IMG/VR virus record: IMGVR_UViG_3300010371_000042
Span: 1 to 56,859 of that record
From: a virus
Lineage: Duplodnaviria; Caudoviricetes
DNA: 56,859 nucleotides
Strand: one strand, 5' to 3'
Shown: positions 18,448 through 26,004 of the stretch, in pieces
How the letters are laid out: each line of letters begins with the position of its first letter
How positions within the stretch are numbered: position 1 is the stretch's first letter
Notes under the pieces: generated by a model
Told to the model about the DNA's origin: nothing
Database searches by the model: none
The model's input: the letters and a program-made list of their open reading frames with translations, nothing else
Program-made: the position numbers and the translations under genes

Positions 18448-18462
18448 GCGAACAAGGTTCGG
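18448..18462. promoter_or_regulatory. Operator copy upstream of HTH gene
   Basis: GCGAAC-AAG-GTTCGG just before the RBS of 18481. Confidence 0.55.
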
Positions 18463-18480
18463 GCGTGGGAGGCTGACCGC

Positions 18481-18828
18481 ATGCCGCGACGGACGCGCGA
18501 GACGACGACGGGCCGGCCGGTGGAGCTCCCGGGCGCATGGGGCGAGCTGGCGCGCGCCGTCGGAGGCGTGTCGGCGCTCGCGCAGTCGTGCGGCGTGACG
18601 CCCCGAGCGGTGCAGTTGTGGGCCGCGAGAGCGCGGACGCCGGGGCCTCTCGTGCGCGCGCACGTGTCGCGGCTGGCGCGGCGGCATGGCGTCGCGGATC
18701 CGTGGGCCGAGGCGCGGACCACGCCCGCAGCCACGCCGCAACGTGACCTCCGCCCGGAGGCTCGTCCGCAGGCAGCCGCCCGGGCAGTGGCGGACGTCCT
18801 GGCAGACGACGACGATCCGGAGGAGTGA
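18481..18828 (+). CDS. HTH regulator
   Basis: AVGGVSALAQSCGVTPRAVQLW...P Cro-like HTH. Confidence 0.75.
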   Translation: MPRRTRETTTGRPVELPGAWGELARAVGGVSALAQSCGVTPRAVQLWAARARTPGPLVRAHVSRLARRHGVADPWAEARTTPAATPQRDLRPEARPQAAARAVADVLADDDDPEE

Positions 18829-19319
18829 GCACCTCCGATCGCCCGCCGCCGTCTACGTCCGACCCCTTCGCCGGCCTTCTCGCGCCGGAGCCCCGCACGC
18901 AAGCGCAGGTCGACCGCGACGCCCGCCAGTTCGCGCGCCTCGTGCGCAAGCCGCCCGATCTCCGAAAGGCGAACCGGCCGAAGTGCGGCGCCCGCTGCAG
19001 GACTCGCGGCGGCGCGCCGTGCCGCGCGCCGTGCGCCCTGCGCCCTGACGGGAGCATCGCGCCTCGGTGCCGGATGCACGGGGGGCTCGCGGGCGCGATG
19101 ACCCCCGAGCAGAAAGAGCGAGCGTCGGAGAATTTCGCCCTGGCGCGCCAGGCGTCAATCGCAGCGCGCAAGGTCCGCGCGGAGGAGCGGGCCGCAGCGC
19201 TCGAGCGCGCGCCGCGCCCTCCTCCCGAGACGAGCGCCGAGCGTGGCCCGCGCCCCATCCGCTCCAGCGCCTACGCCGGCGGATTCCGCGGACGGCCCTT
19301 CTGGGGGCCGCGGCGCTGA
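18825..19319 (+). CDS. HGGxSTG-like zinc-binding domain protein
   Basis: CGARCRTRGGAPC...RCRMHGG...TPEQK. Confidence 0.8.
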   Translation: MSTSDRPPPSTSDPFAGLLAPEPRTQAQVDRDARQFARLVRKPPDLRKANRPKCGARCRTRGGAPCRAPCALRPDGSIAPRCRMHGGLAGAMTPEQKERASENFALARQASIAARKVRAEERAAALERAPRPPPETSAERGPRPIRSSAYAGGFRGRPFWGPRR

Positions 19320-19438
19320 TCCACCTCCCACCCTTCGGGGCACGCGGCGTCGACCTCGCCGCTGTCGACGTCACCCCAGACCAGCACGCGCGGGCCAACT
19401 ACTTCGTTGGTCGGGTCCCATTCGATCGTCGTCACCAT
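19271..19438 (-). CDS. 55-aa hypothetical protein
   Basis: RBS GAGGAGG (own translation MVTTIEWDPTNEVVG...); overlaps convergent gene end. Confidence 0.4.
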   Translation of the reverse strand: MVTTIEWDPTNEVVGPRVLVWGDVDSGEVDAACPEGWEVDQRRGPQKGRPRNPPA

Positions 19439-19524
19439 CGCCTCAGCCTCCTCGCGGCTCGCTCGCCGCGGTCCGGACCGACGTCCCCCAGGACGCCTCC
19501 GGACCGCGAGGAGCGAACGTCAGC

Positions 19525-19710
19525 TCAACGCAGCCTCGTAGTTACGCGCCTCGCGCTCAGGACGGCTTCGCGCGACGCCTCGCGCGTGGCCTGACCGAGG
19601 CACACGTAGCATTGCTCTCGTCCATACGCTGCGGAGCGTGTGCAGCCATCGGTCGCGCACGTCCGTCGCAACCGAAGGTCACGACCCCGCCACGGATGAT
19701 CGCGCCTCAC
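19525..19710 (-). CDS. Small Cys-containing protein
   Basis: GTGA coupling; C..GC...CYVC. Confidence 0.45.
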   Translation of the reverse strand: MRRDHPWRGRDLRLRRTCATDGCTRSAAYGREQCYVCLGQATREASREAVLSARRVTTRLR

Positions 19711-20069
19711 GAGTCTAGCTCCGCGCGCCGAGCTTCCGCCTGCTCACGCCGGCAATAGATCTCGACGTCGTCGCCTGAGAGGTCCAGGTCCGTCCGCGTG
19801 CCGCTCAGCCACGCCACCGTGGCGGTGGCACCATGCAGGCTCACGATCTGGCCCACGTCGCGGTCCTCGCTCGTGCGACCGGCCACGACCCAATCGCCCG
19901 TCACGTCGAGATACACGAGCCCAGGGTCCTGACTCGCGATCTCGCGGGACTCCGCCACCGTGAGCCCGTCGCGCGCCTCCGACGTCGGATCGGAGTACGA
20001 GCCGAGCACCCTCCCCGTCCGCTCCGCCGCCGCAATCGCCTCGCGCCCCGTCAGCCTCAGCCTCGCCAT
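19707..20069 (-). CDS. Hypothetical protein (alternative start 20084)
   Basis: RBS GGAGG; globular composition. Confidence 0.7.
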   Translation of the reverse strand: MARLRLTGREAIAAAERTGRVLGSYSDPTSEARDGLTVAESREIASQDPGLVYLDVTGDWVVAGRTSEDRDVGQIVSLHGATATVAWLSGTRTDLDLSGDDVEIYCRREQAEARRAELDS

Positions 20070-20118
20070 CGTCCTACCCTCCATCGCGGCACCGAGCCGC
20101 TCACAGAGCGTAGCACTT

Positions 20119-20152
20119 GCGAGGTGCGTGCCAGTTTGCGAACCGCGTTCGC
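20119..20152 (-). promoter_or_regulatory. sigma54-type promoter with adjacent palindromic operator
   Basis: Minus strand TGGCACGCACCTCGC (GG-N10-GC, 20133-20119); GCGAAC-CGC-GTTCGC at 20138-20152. Confidence 0.62.
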
Positions 20153-20292
20153 TATCCAGCGGGACCGCTGAATCACAGCGGAATCACATCGTCTGGCCCT
20201 CGCGCCTGGGCCTCTTGCGATCCACTCTCGGGGCTGCGGCGATCCACCGCCACTTGAGGGAGAGCAGTCGTGACGCCCCATCCGGACGCGAC

Positions 20293-20492
20293 GGACCTGG
20301 GAGAGCCGGCGTCGTCCAACCGTCTTCGCTCCTCCCGCAAGCGTGGGGGAATCGGGAATCGCGCCTCTCACGAGGGACCCCGGGGCGCCCGCAGTACGCG
20401 ATTGACCCCTGGCCGGCGCAGGTCCGCGGCGGCCCCGAAGCTCCCGCTGGTCACGCACCGCTCGGTGTGCGTCCGGCAGCTCTCCCGGGTCC
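20293..20492. ncRNA. Candidate structured RNA A
   Basis: 14-bp closing stem GGACCTGGGAGAGC/GCTCTCCCGGGTCC plus several internal hairpins in an ORF-poor region. Confidence 0.4.
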
Positions 20493-20823
20493 AGGGATAC
20501 CAGAGAAGAGCGCTCGCGGGTCTCGCATGTCAACTCCCCGCCCTCGCGGCATGCGTGCCGCTACGCAAGCATGGATCGCCTGGTAATCACGGGGTTTACG
20601 TTCAGTATTGGGGGGGTACCCACGATGCGCTGCGATCGAAAAAGGCCCCCACCCCCTCCCCCAATTCCGCCCCGTTTTCGGACTTTCTCCCAGAAATCGA
20701 CACAGCCATCGGCTCTCGTCGGGAAGCCCGATTACAGCGCCTTGGCGCCCCGTGAATGCGTCGTGAGGGATTCCGTCTGCTCCGCCACATAGGACCGCCC
20801 GAAGGCGTGCTACAACCGATTCC

Positions 20824-20984
20824 CCTACCCTGGGGCGTCGGGGCTACCCGCCTGCAGGAATGCCGAGTCCAAAGGAGCGTGACACGGCCGCTCACGGCAC
20901 CTGTGACGGACCCCGGCGTGCGTCAGGCTTCTGGGCCGGGCCATGTTCCGCGGTTCTCCGTGACGCGGTTCGCCCCTCGGTAGG
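20824..20984 (+). ncRNA. Candidate structured RNA B
   Basis: CCTACC..GGGGCG pairs with CGCCCC..GGTAGG; nested CAGG/CCTG, TGCCG/CGGCA, GAGCG/CGCTC stems; TGcTACAAC -10-like element at 20808-20816. Confidence 0.4.
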
Positions 20985-21077
20985 CGCTTCTCGGCGAGTC
21001 GCAAGCCGGCGGCGCGCTGGGGCACGCTGCGGCGCATGGAGATCGGGAGGCTGTTGCGCGCTAGAGGGCCGCTGGCG

Positions 21078-21257
21078 ATGGTTCGCTGCCCCCTGTGCCC
21101 AACGTGCGTCGCCATTCCGATCCCGGAGGGCATGACGAAGTCGGAGCTCGCCGAGCGGATGCCGGACGCCTGCCACGTGTGCGGGACGGCATACGACCGC
21201 ACGGTCCCCGAGGGCGACCTCGCGTGGGGCTTGGACTGGAGCGCGCTCGGCAAGTAG
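21078..21257 (+). CDS. Small zinc-finger protein
   Basis: CPLC...CHVCG. Confidence 0.5.
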   Translation: MVRCPLCPTCVAIPIPEGMTKSELAERMPDACHVCGTAYDRTVPEGDLAWGLDWSALGK

Positions 21258-21389
21258 CGCCCCGCTCCCGACCTGACGCACGCTGGGGTCTCAAACGCCG
21301 CCGCCGGTCCCTGCGTAAAACCTTCCTCCCTCGACGAACCTCCGTGCGCGGGGGGCCGGCGCGCGGCACTTCAAGCAAGGGAGACCCCC

Positions 21390-21761
21390 GTGCCCGACGA
21401 TCCGAGCGAGAACATCATCGAGGCCTGCGCCCGAGCGGCGCATGAAGTGAACCGAGCCTACTGTCTGGCGCTCGGCGACGAGTCGCAGCCCGCGTGGGAC
21501 GACGCGCCGGAATGGCAGAAGCGCAGTGCGCGCAACGGCGTGAAGGGTGCGCTCGACGGCGCGACGCCCGAGCAGAGTCATGTCTCATGGCTCGAGGAGA
21601 AGCGCCTCGACGGGTGGACGTACGGCCCCGTGAAGGACCCGGCGATGAAGGAGCACCCGTGCTTCATGCCGTACGAATGCTTGCCCCCGGCGCAGCGCGC
21701 GAAGGACCTGCTCTTCGTCGAGACGGTGCGCGGCATGGCGCGCGCCCTCGTGGCGGTCTGA
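21390..21761 (+). CDS. RyR-domain phage protein
   Basis: AHEVNRAYC, SHVSW...GWTYGPVKD...KEHPCFMPY..LP..QRAKD. Confidence 0.9.
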   Translation: MPDDPSENIIEACARAAHEVNRAYCLALGDESQPAWDDAPEWQKRSARNGVKGALDGATPEQSHVSWLEEKRLDGWTYGPVKDPAMKEHPCFMPYECLPPAQRAKDLLFVETVRGMARALVAV

Positions 21762-21764
21762 GTC

Positions 21765-22061
21765 GTGAACCCCTGGGACGAGCGCTGGCGGGTCGACGAC
21801 GGGACGCCGGCCTTTGGGGTCGCGGTGGTGCGCGACACGCCGGACCCGCGGCTGCGCGACCGCGTGGCGGACGTCGACGTGACCGATACGGCGGAGAACG
21901 CGAAGCGCCGGGCCGCGCTGATGGCGGCGGCGCCGGAGCTCTACGTGGCGATCAAGGAACTGCTGTCCATCGTACGAATTCCCTCGGGTCCGCAGCCGAC
22001 CCTTGAGGGTGTTGTGCGGGCGGCGGGTGATGCCCTCCGCAAGGCTCGAGGTGAACCGTGA
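21765..22061 (+). CDS. Hypothetical protein, paralog of 22058-22330
   Basis: M.PW.E.W...AAAPELY...ALRKARGE. Confidence 0.75.
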   Translation: MNPWDERWRVDDGTPAFGVAVVRDTPDPRLRDRVADVDVTDTAENAKRRAALMAAAPELYVAIKELLSIVRIPSGPQPTLEGVVRAAGDALRKARGEP

Positions 22062-22330
22062 AGCCGTGGGAGGAGACATGGATTGCGATCGACGACGACG
22101 TCTATGCCCGGATGGCCGATAGCGACTCGGTCGATATTCGGGCCACCCTACGGAACGCAGCGCCGGAGGGCTCCGAGGCGCTCATTGCCGCCGCGCCGGA
22201 CCTGTACCGAGCGCTGGAGGCCGTTCTAGCCAACACGCGGGATAACAACTCCGATTCGTCTTGGTGGGAGCGCAGGACCGCTGCTCATGCGCTGGCGGAA
22301 GCGGCGCTCCGCAAGGCGAGGGGCGAGTGA
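22058..22330 (+). CDS. Hypothetical protein, paralog of 21765-22061
   Basis: M.PW.E.W...AAAPDLY...ALRKARGE. Confidence 0.75.
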   Translation: MKPWEETWIAIDDDVYARMADSDSVDIRATLRNAAPEGSEALIAAAPDLYRALEAVLANTRDNNSDSSWWERRTAAHALAEAALRKARGE

Positions 22331-22737
22331 CGACGGTCCTCGACGAGCTGCGCGCCCTCGCGACGCGCTTCTTCCCCGCGGAGCTGTGCCCGTCGGTGCG
22401 CCGCGCCGGGGGCGACGACTACGTGGTGCGCCTGGAGCGCGGGGGCGAGTGGATCGAGACGGTGCTGGAGATCGACTCGCTCGAGGCGCTGCGGAGCCAC
22501 GGCGAGGAGCTGGCGCGCGAGCTGCGACGCATCGAGTTCCACCTGGTCAACCGGACGGAGAACCGTCGGCAACGTCGGGCGCGCCGTTCCATGGTGCGAC
22601 ACGAAGTCTGCACGTGCTGGTCGAAGGAGCCTATCGCCGTGCCGCCTGCGCTCGCGCGGCAGATCCGCGCCTCGTGCCCCGTGCACGGAGGCGGTCCGGT
22701 TCCTGACTTCCCGAACGACATCGTGGGCCGATCATGA
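22327..22737 (+). CDS. Hypothetical protein with CTC...CPVHG motif
   Basis: GTGA coupling. Confidence 0.65.
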   Translation: MTTVLDELRALATRFFPAELCPSVRRAGGDDYVVRLERGGEWIETVLEIDSLEALRSHGEELARELRRIEFHLVNRTENRRQRRARRSMVRHEVCTCWSKEPIAVPPALARQIRASCPVHGGGPVPDFPNDIVGRS

Positions 22738-22909
22738 GGGCCGAAAACTGTATCGCATGCGGCCATTTTACGAAGGACGGTGGTCGTCTTTGCCGGCGTT
22801 GCCTCAGGGGCGCATGTCGCGCGCTGCGCGAACCGTGGTGGTTGCGATTGCTTCGCTGGCTCGTGTCCTGAACGGGAACTCCGACGACCCGGTGTGTGTC
22901 CACCCGGGC

Positions 22910-23593
22910 ATGACCGGAAACGGCAAGACGGCGGTGGCATACGTGAGGGTGTCGACGGAGGACCAGAAGCTCGGTCCGGAGGCGCAGCGGGCGGCGATCG
23001 AAGCGTGGGCGCGGGCCGAGGGCGTGACGGTGGTCGCGTGGCATGTGGACCAGGGGCTCGGCGGGGGCCTGGAACTCGAGGAGCGCGCGGGGCTCATCGC
23101 GGCGCTCGCGGACCTGAAGGCGCACCGCGCCGGGTCGCTCGTCGTCGCGAAGCGCGATCGGCTGGCGCGCGACGTGTACATCGCGGGGGCGATCGAGCGC
23201 GAGGTGGCCAAGACGGGGGCGCGCGTCGTCTCCGCCGACGGGACGGCGAACGGCGACACGCCGGCCGACGCGTTCATGCGGTCGATCCTCGACGCGGTGG
23301 CGCAGTACGAGCGGGCGCTCATCCGGGCGCGGACGAAGGCGGCGCTCGGCGCGAAGGCGGCGCGGGGGGAGCGCGTGGGGGAGATCCCGTACGGCTTCCG
23401 GCTCGCGCCCGACGGCGTGCGCCTCGAGCCCGACGAGGGCGAGCAGCACGTCGTCGCGACCGTGCGCGAGCTTCACGCGTCGGGCCTTTCGCAGCGCGGC
23501 ATTGTGCGCGCCCTGGCCGGCCGCGGCGTGGTGTCGCGGTCGGGCAAGGCGCTCGGCAAGACGCAGGTGGTCCGCATCCTCGAAGCCGCCTGA
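22910..23593 (+). CDS. Small serine recombinase (resolvase/invertase-like)
   Basis: YVRVSTEDQ, KRDRLAR, ERALIRARTKAAL, PYGF, short C-terminal HTH-like region. Confidence 0.93.
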   Translation: MTGNGKTAVAYVRVSTEDQKLGPEAQRAAIEAWARAEGVTVVAWHVDQGLGGGLELEERAGLIAALADLKAHRAGSLVVAKRDRLARDVYIAGAIEREVAKTGARVVSADGTANGDTPADAFMRSILDAVAQYERALIRARTKAALGAKAARGERVGEIPYGFRLAPDGVRLEPDEGEQHVVATVRELHASGLSQRGIVRALAGRGVVSRSGKALGKTQVVRILEAA

Positions 23594-23648
23594 CGGCGAG
23601 TTGCGGCTCTCGCCGCGCCTGACGGAAGGTGGTCGTCGGCGAACCACG

Positions 23649-24170
23649 ATGACCTCCGCAAGCCCCGAGCAGCCCGACGCCTCTCCGCCCGATCCGATCG
23701 AAGTCGTCGTCCGCAAGGCGACGGCAGCGGACCTCGCGACGCTCGTCATCCCGAGCTGGCTCGCGAGCTACGCGCGATCGTTCCCCGCGAAGATGATGCG
23801 CGCCGACACCCGCCACGCCCCGGGGCGCGACCGATACTGGTCCGGCATGCGCGCGCGGATCGAGCGCGTGCTCTCGACATCGACGACGGCGGTGCTCGTG
23901 GCGGACGTCGCGGGCATGGCCGCGGGCTGGGCGTGCGAGGACCGATCGCGGCGCGAACTGCACTACGTCTACGTCCGCGAGAACTTCCGCCGCCAGGGCA
24001 TCGCGCGGCGTCTCTGCGGATGGATCGACGACGCGCAGGGCGATCTCGTTTTCCTCACGGCGCTGCCGCCGCCATGGTTCACGATGGGCGCGCGCGGCGC
24101 CGACGGCCAGCCGACGGGTCGCCCCTTGTGGCGCCCGCATCAGGTCATCGACACGATCACGAGCTTCTGA
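23649..24170 (+). CDS. GNAT-family acetyltransferase
   Basis: LHYVYVRENFRRQGIARRL motif A. Confidence 0.85.
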   Translation: MTSASPEQPDASPPDPIEVVVRKATAADLATLVIPSWLASYARSFPAKMMRADTRHAPGRDRYWSGMRARIERVLSTSTTAVLVADVAGMAAGWACEDRSRRELHYVYVRENFRRQGIARRLCGWIDDAQGDLVFLTALPPPWFTMGARGADGQPTGRPLWRPHQVIDTITSF

Positions 24171-24187
24171 GCACGAGGGCAACGTCC

Positions 24188-24463
24188 ATGGGCAAGTCGA
24201 AGGGCGGCGGGAAGACGGAGACGCAGGGGCGCGAGGTGAGCAAGTCGGTCGCGGACACGCGCCACATCGCTCGCTCGCAGAGCACTCCGAAGAACAATGA
24301 CTTCGCGGGCAGCATCAAGCTCCCGAAGTCGCAGACCGAGAAGCTCCCCGCGGAGGCGACGCGGATGGAGTCGAAGGAGCTGAAGCTCCCTGGCGTCCAC
24401 GACAAGGGCATCGGCACGGTCGACACCTGGGATCAGAAGCGCGACCGCAAGGCCGGGGCCTGA
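24188..24463 (+). CDS. Small basic protein
   Basis: K/S-rich ORF in late operon. Confidence 0.6.
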   Translation: MGKSKGGGKTETQGREVSKSVADTRHIARSQSTPKNNDFAGSIKLPKSQTEKLPAEATRMESKELKLPGVHDKGIGTVDTWDQKRDRKAGA

Positions 24464-24464
24464 G

Positions 24465-24659
24465 GTGGCCATCACCGGCACGCAGAAGACACCCGGGGAG
24501 GCCGCGAAGGCGGGCAAGGGCGCGGCTCCGCGAAAGCCGCTCGCCCCCGAGCGACACGGCGGCGGCACGAACGCCAGCGCCATGCACGAGATGGGGAAGA
24601 CGGTCCCCAGCTTCCATGAAGAGCAGCACGCTCGTCTGGAGCGAAGCCGCAAGAAGTAG
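24465..24659 (+). CDS. Small basic protein
   Basis: Tandem ORF in late operon. Confidence 0.5.
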   Translation: MAITGTQKTPGEAAKAGKGAAPRKPLAPERHGGGTNASAMHEMGKTVPSFHEEQHARLERSRKK

Positions 24660-24695
24660 CTCTAGCTCCCGCACGAACGAGACAGGAGAACCACG

Positions 24696-24860
24696 ATGCC
24701 GCTGAAGAAGGGTACGAGCCGCGCGACGATGGGCCGGAACATCGCCGAGATGGAGAAGGCGGGGCACCCGCGCAAGCAGGCCATCGCCGCCGCGCTCCGA
24801 GAGAAGCGCGAGAGCGGCGGCAAGGCGCCGCGCGGGGGTCGCGGAGGCAGCGGGCGATGA
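24696..24860 (+). CDS. Conserved small basic phage protein (MPLKKG...KQAIA type)
   Basis: Own translation MPLKKGTSRATMGRNIAEMEKAGHPRKQAIAAAL...; RBS AGGAG. Confidence 0.8.
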   Translation: MPLKKGTSRATMGRNIAEMEKAGHPRKQAIAAALREKRESGGKAPRGGRGGSGR

Positions 24861-25273
24861 CGTCCTCGGTCTCCGAGTCGCTCACCCAGCGTCCGGCGCC
24901 GAAGCCGCTGCAGCCCGGGCGCCGGCTTAAGCCCCTGCACGACCGCGTGCTCGTCAAGCGGCCCCCGAATGCGCGCCAGGTCGGCACGATCGTGCTCGTC
25001 GGCGGCAAGCGCGAGGACGTCGTGATCTCCGAAGTCGTCTCGATCGGCACTCGCTGCTCGCTGCGACCCTGGGAGCTCGCCGTCGGCGACTTCGTGATGC
25101 ACCCGCGCGTGTGCGGCGCGAAGTACGACAACACGTTCGGTCGTCTCGACGATGACGGCGACCTCGTGTTCCTGCACGAGCAGGAGCTCATGGCCGTCGT
25201 GGACCCGGGGCTCGTCGTGACGGGACACGCCGTCTACGACGCGAACGGCGTCTGCGACTTCGCGCAGAAGTAG
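24857..25273 (+). CDS. groES: GroES-like co-chaperonin
   Basis: LKPLHDRVLVKR, VVSIG, VGDFV, E.ELMAVV Cpn10 pattern. Confidence 0.8.
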   Translation: MTSSVSESLTQRPAPKPLQPGRRLKPLHDRVLVKRPPNARQVGTIVLVGGKREDVVISEVVSIGTRCSLRPWELAVGDFVMHPRVCGAKYDNTFGRLDDDGDLVFLHEQELMAVVDPGLVVTGHAVYDANGVCDFAQK

Positions 25274-25279
25274 GCCGTC

Positions 25280-25531
25280 GTGCGCGCGCATCTGCTGAAG
25301 CAAGCCCTCGACGCCGCACCGACCTCGATCGGCGAGTCGGAGCCGTGCGCCGCCTGCCGGACCCCGGGAGAGCGGAAGCTCTTTGATCGACTGGCCTCGG
25401 CGACTGGCCAGATGCACTACCAACTCCACGACATCCAGGCGCGAGCGCGCACGATGCGCGACTTCCGACGCCAGGTCGATCGCGCGGCTGCGGCCAAAGG
25501 TCGCACGATCGACTGGAACAAGACCCTCTGA
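25280..25531 (+). CDS. Hypothetical protein
   Basis: Operon context. Confidence 0.5.
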   Translation: MRAHLLKQALDAAPTSIGESEPCAACRTPGERKLFDRLASATGQMHYQLHDIQARARTMRDFRRQVDRAAAAKGRTIDWNKTL

Positions 25532-25545
25532 CGAGCGAGACGACG

Positions 25546-26004
25546 ATGCGCATCCGAGCCTACCGACCCATCGGCTACTGCCCCGACCCCGTCACCCGCG
25601 GACCGCTCCAGTTCGTCGAGTCAGGGGCCGGCCCCGTGGCCCTCCGGCGCGACATCTTCGACGTGAAGGGTGAGGTCTACATCTTTGCTCGGCATCGAGA
25701 TGTGCGTCTCGTCGATCGGGAGGACGGCACGAAGCGCAGCGTCGCGCTCGACCTAGTGCTGTGCACGAAGATGAGCGCGCACGGAGCGAGCGAGATCGGG
25801 CCCGTGGAGGCGGCGGCGCTGCTCGAGGAGTTCGAGAAGCGATGGCCTCTACTCGAGGCGCCCATCCCGCCGGAGGAGCCGGCGCCGGAGCCCCTACCCG
25901 CGGCGGCCCCGCCGCCGCGCGCGCGCCGCCGCGCCGTGACGACGCCTCCCGCCGTCGAGGAGCCGGCGACGGATGCCGATCCGGAGCCGACGTCGGCAGC
26001 CTGA
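25546..26004 (+). CDS. Hypothetical protein upstream of TerL
   Basis: Globular N-terminus, Pro-rich tail. Confidence 0.6.
   Translation: MRIRAYRPIGYCPDPVTRGPLQFVESGAGPVALRRDIFDVKGEVYIFARHRDVRLVDREDGTKRSVALDLVLCTKMSAHGASEIGPVEAAALLEEFEKRWPLLEAPIPPEEPAPEPLPAAAPPPRARRRAVTTPPAVEEPATDADPEPTSAA

Noticed and set aside
15826-20084. Invertible segment explaining the reversed accessory block
   Set aside because: No matching inverted repeats found at its boundaries by eye
20546-20561. Third sigma54-like site CGGCACGCATGCCGC on the minus strand
   Set aside because: Weak -12 element and no adjacent operator; could be chance at this GC
20084-21036. tRNA or tmRNA genes
   Set aside because: No TTCGA-type T-loop with cloverleaf geometry or CCA end found
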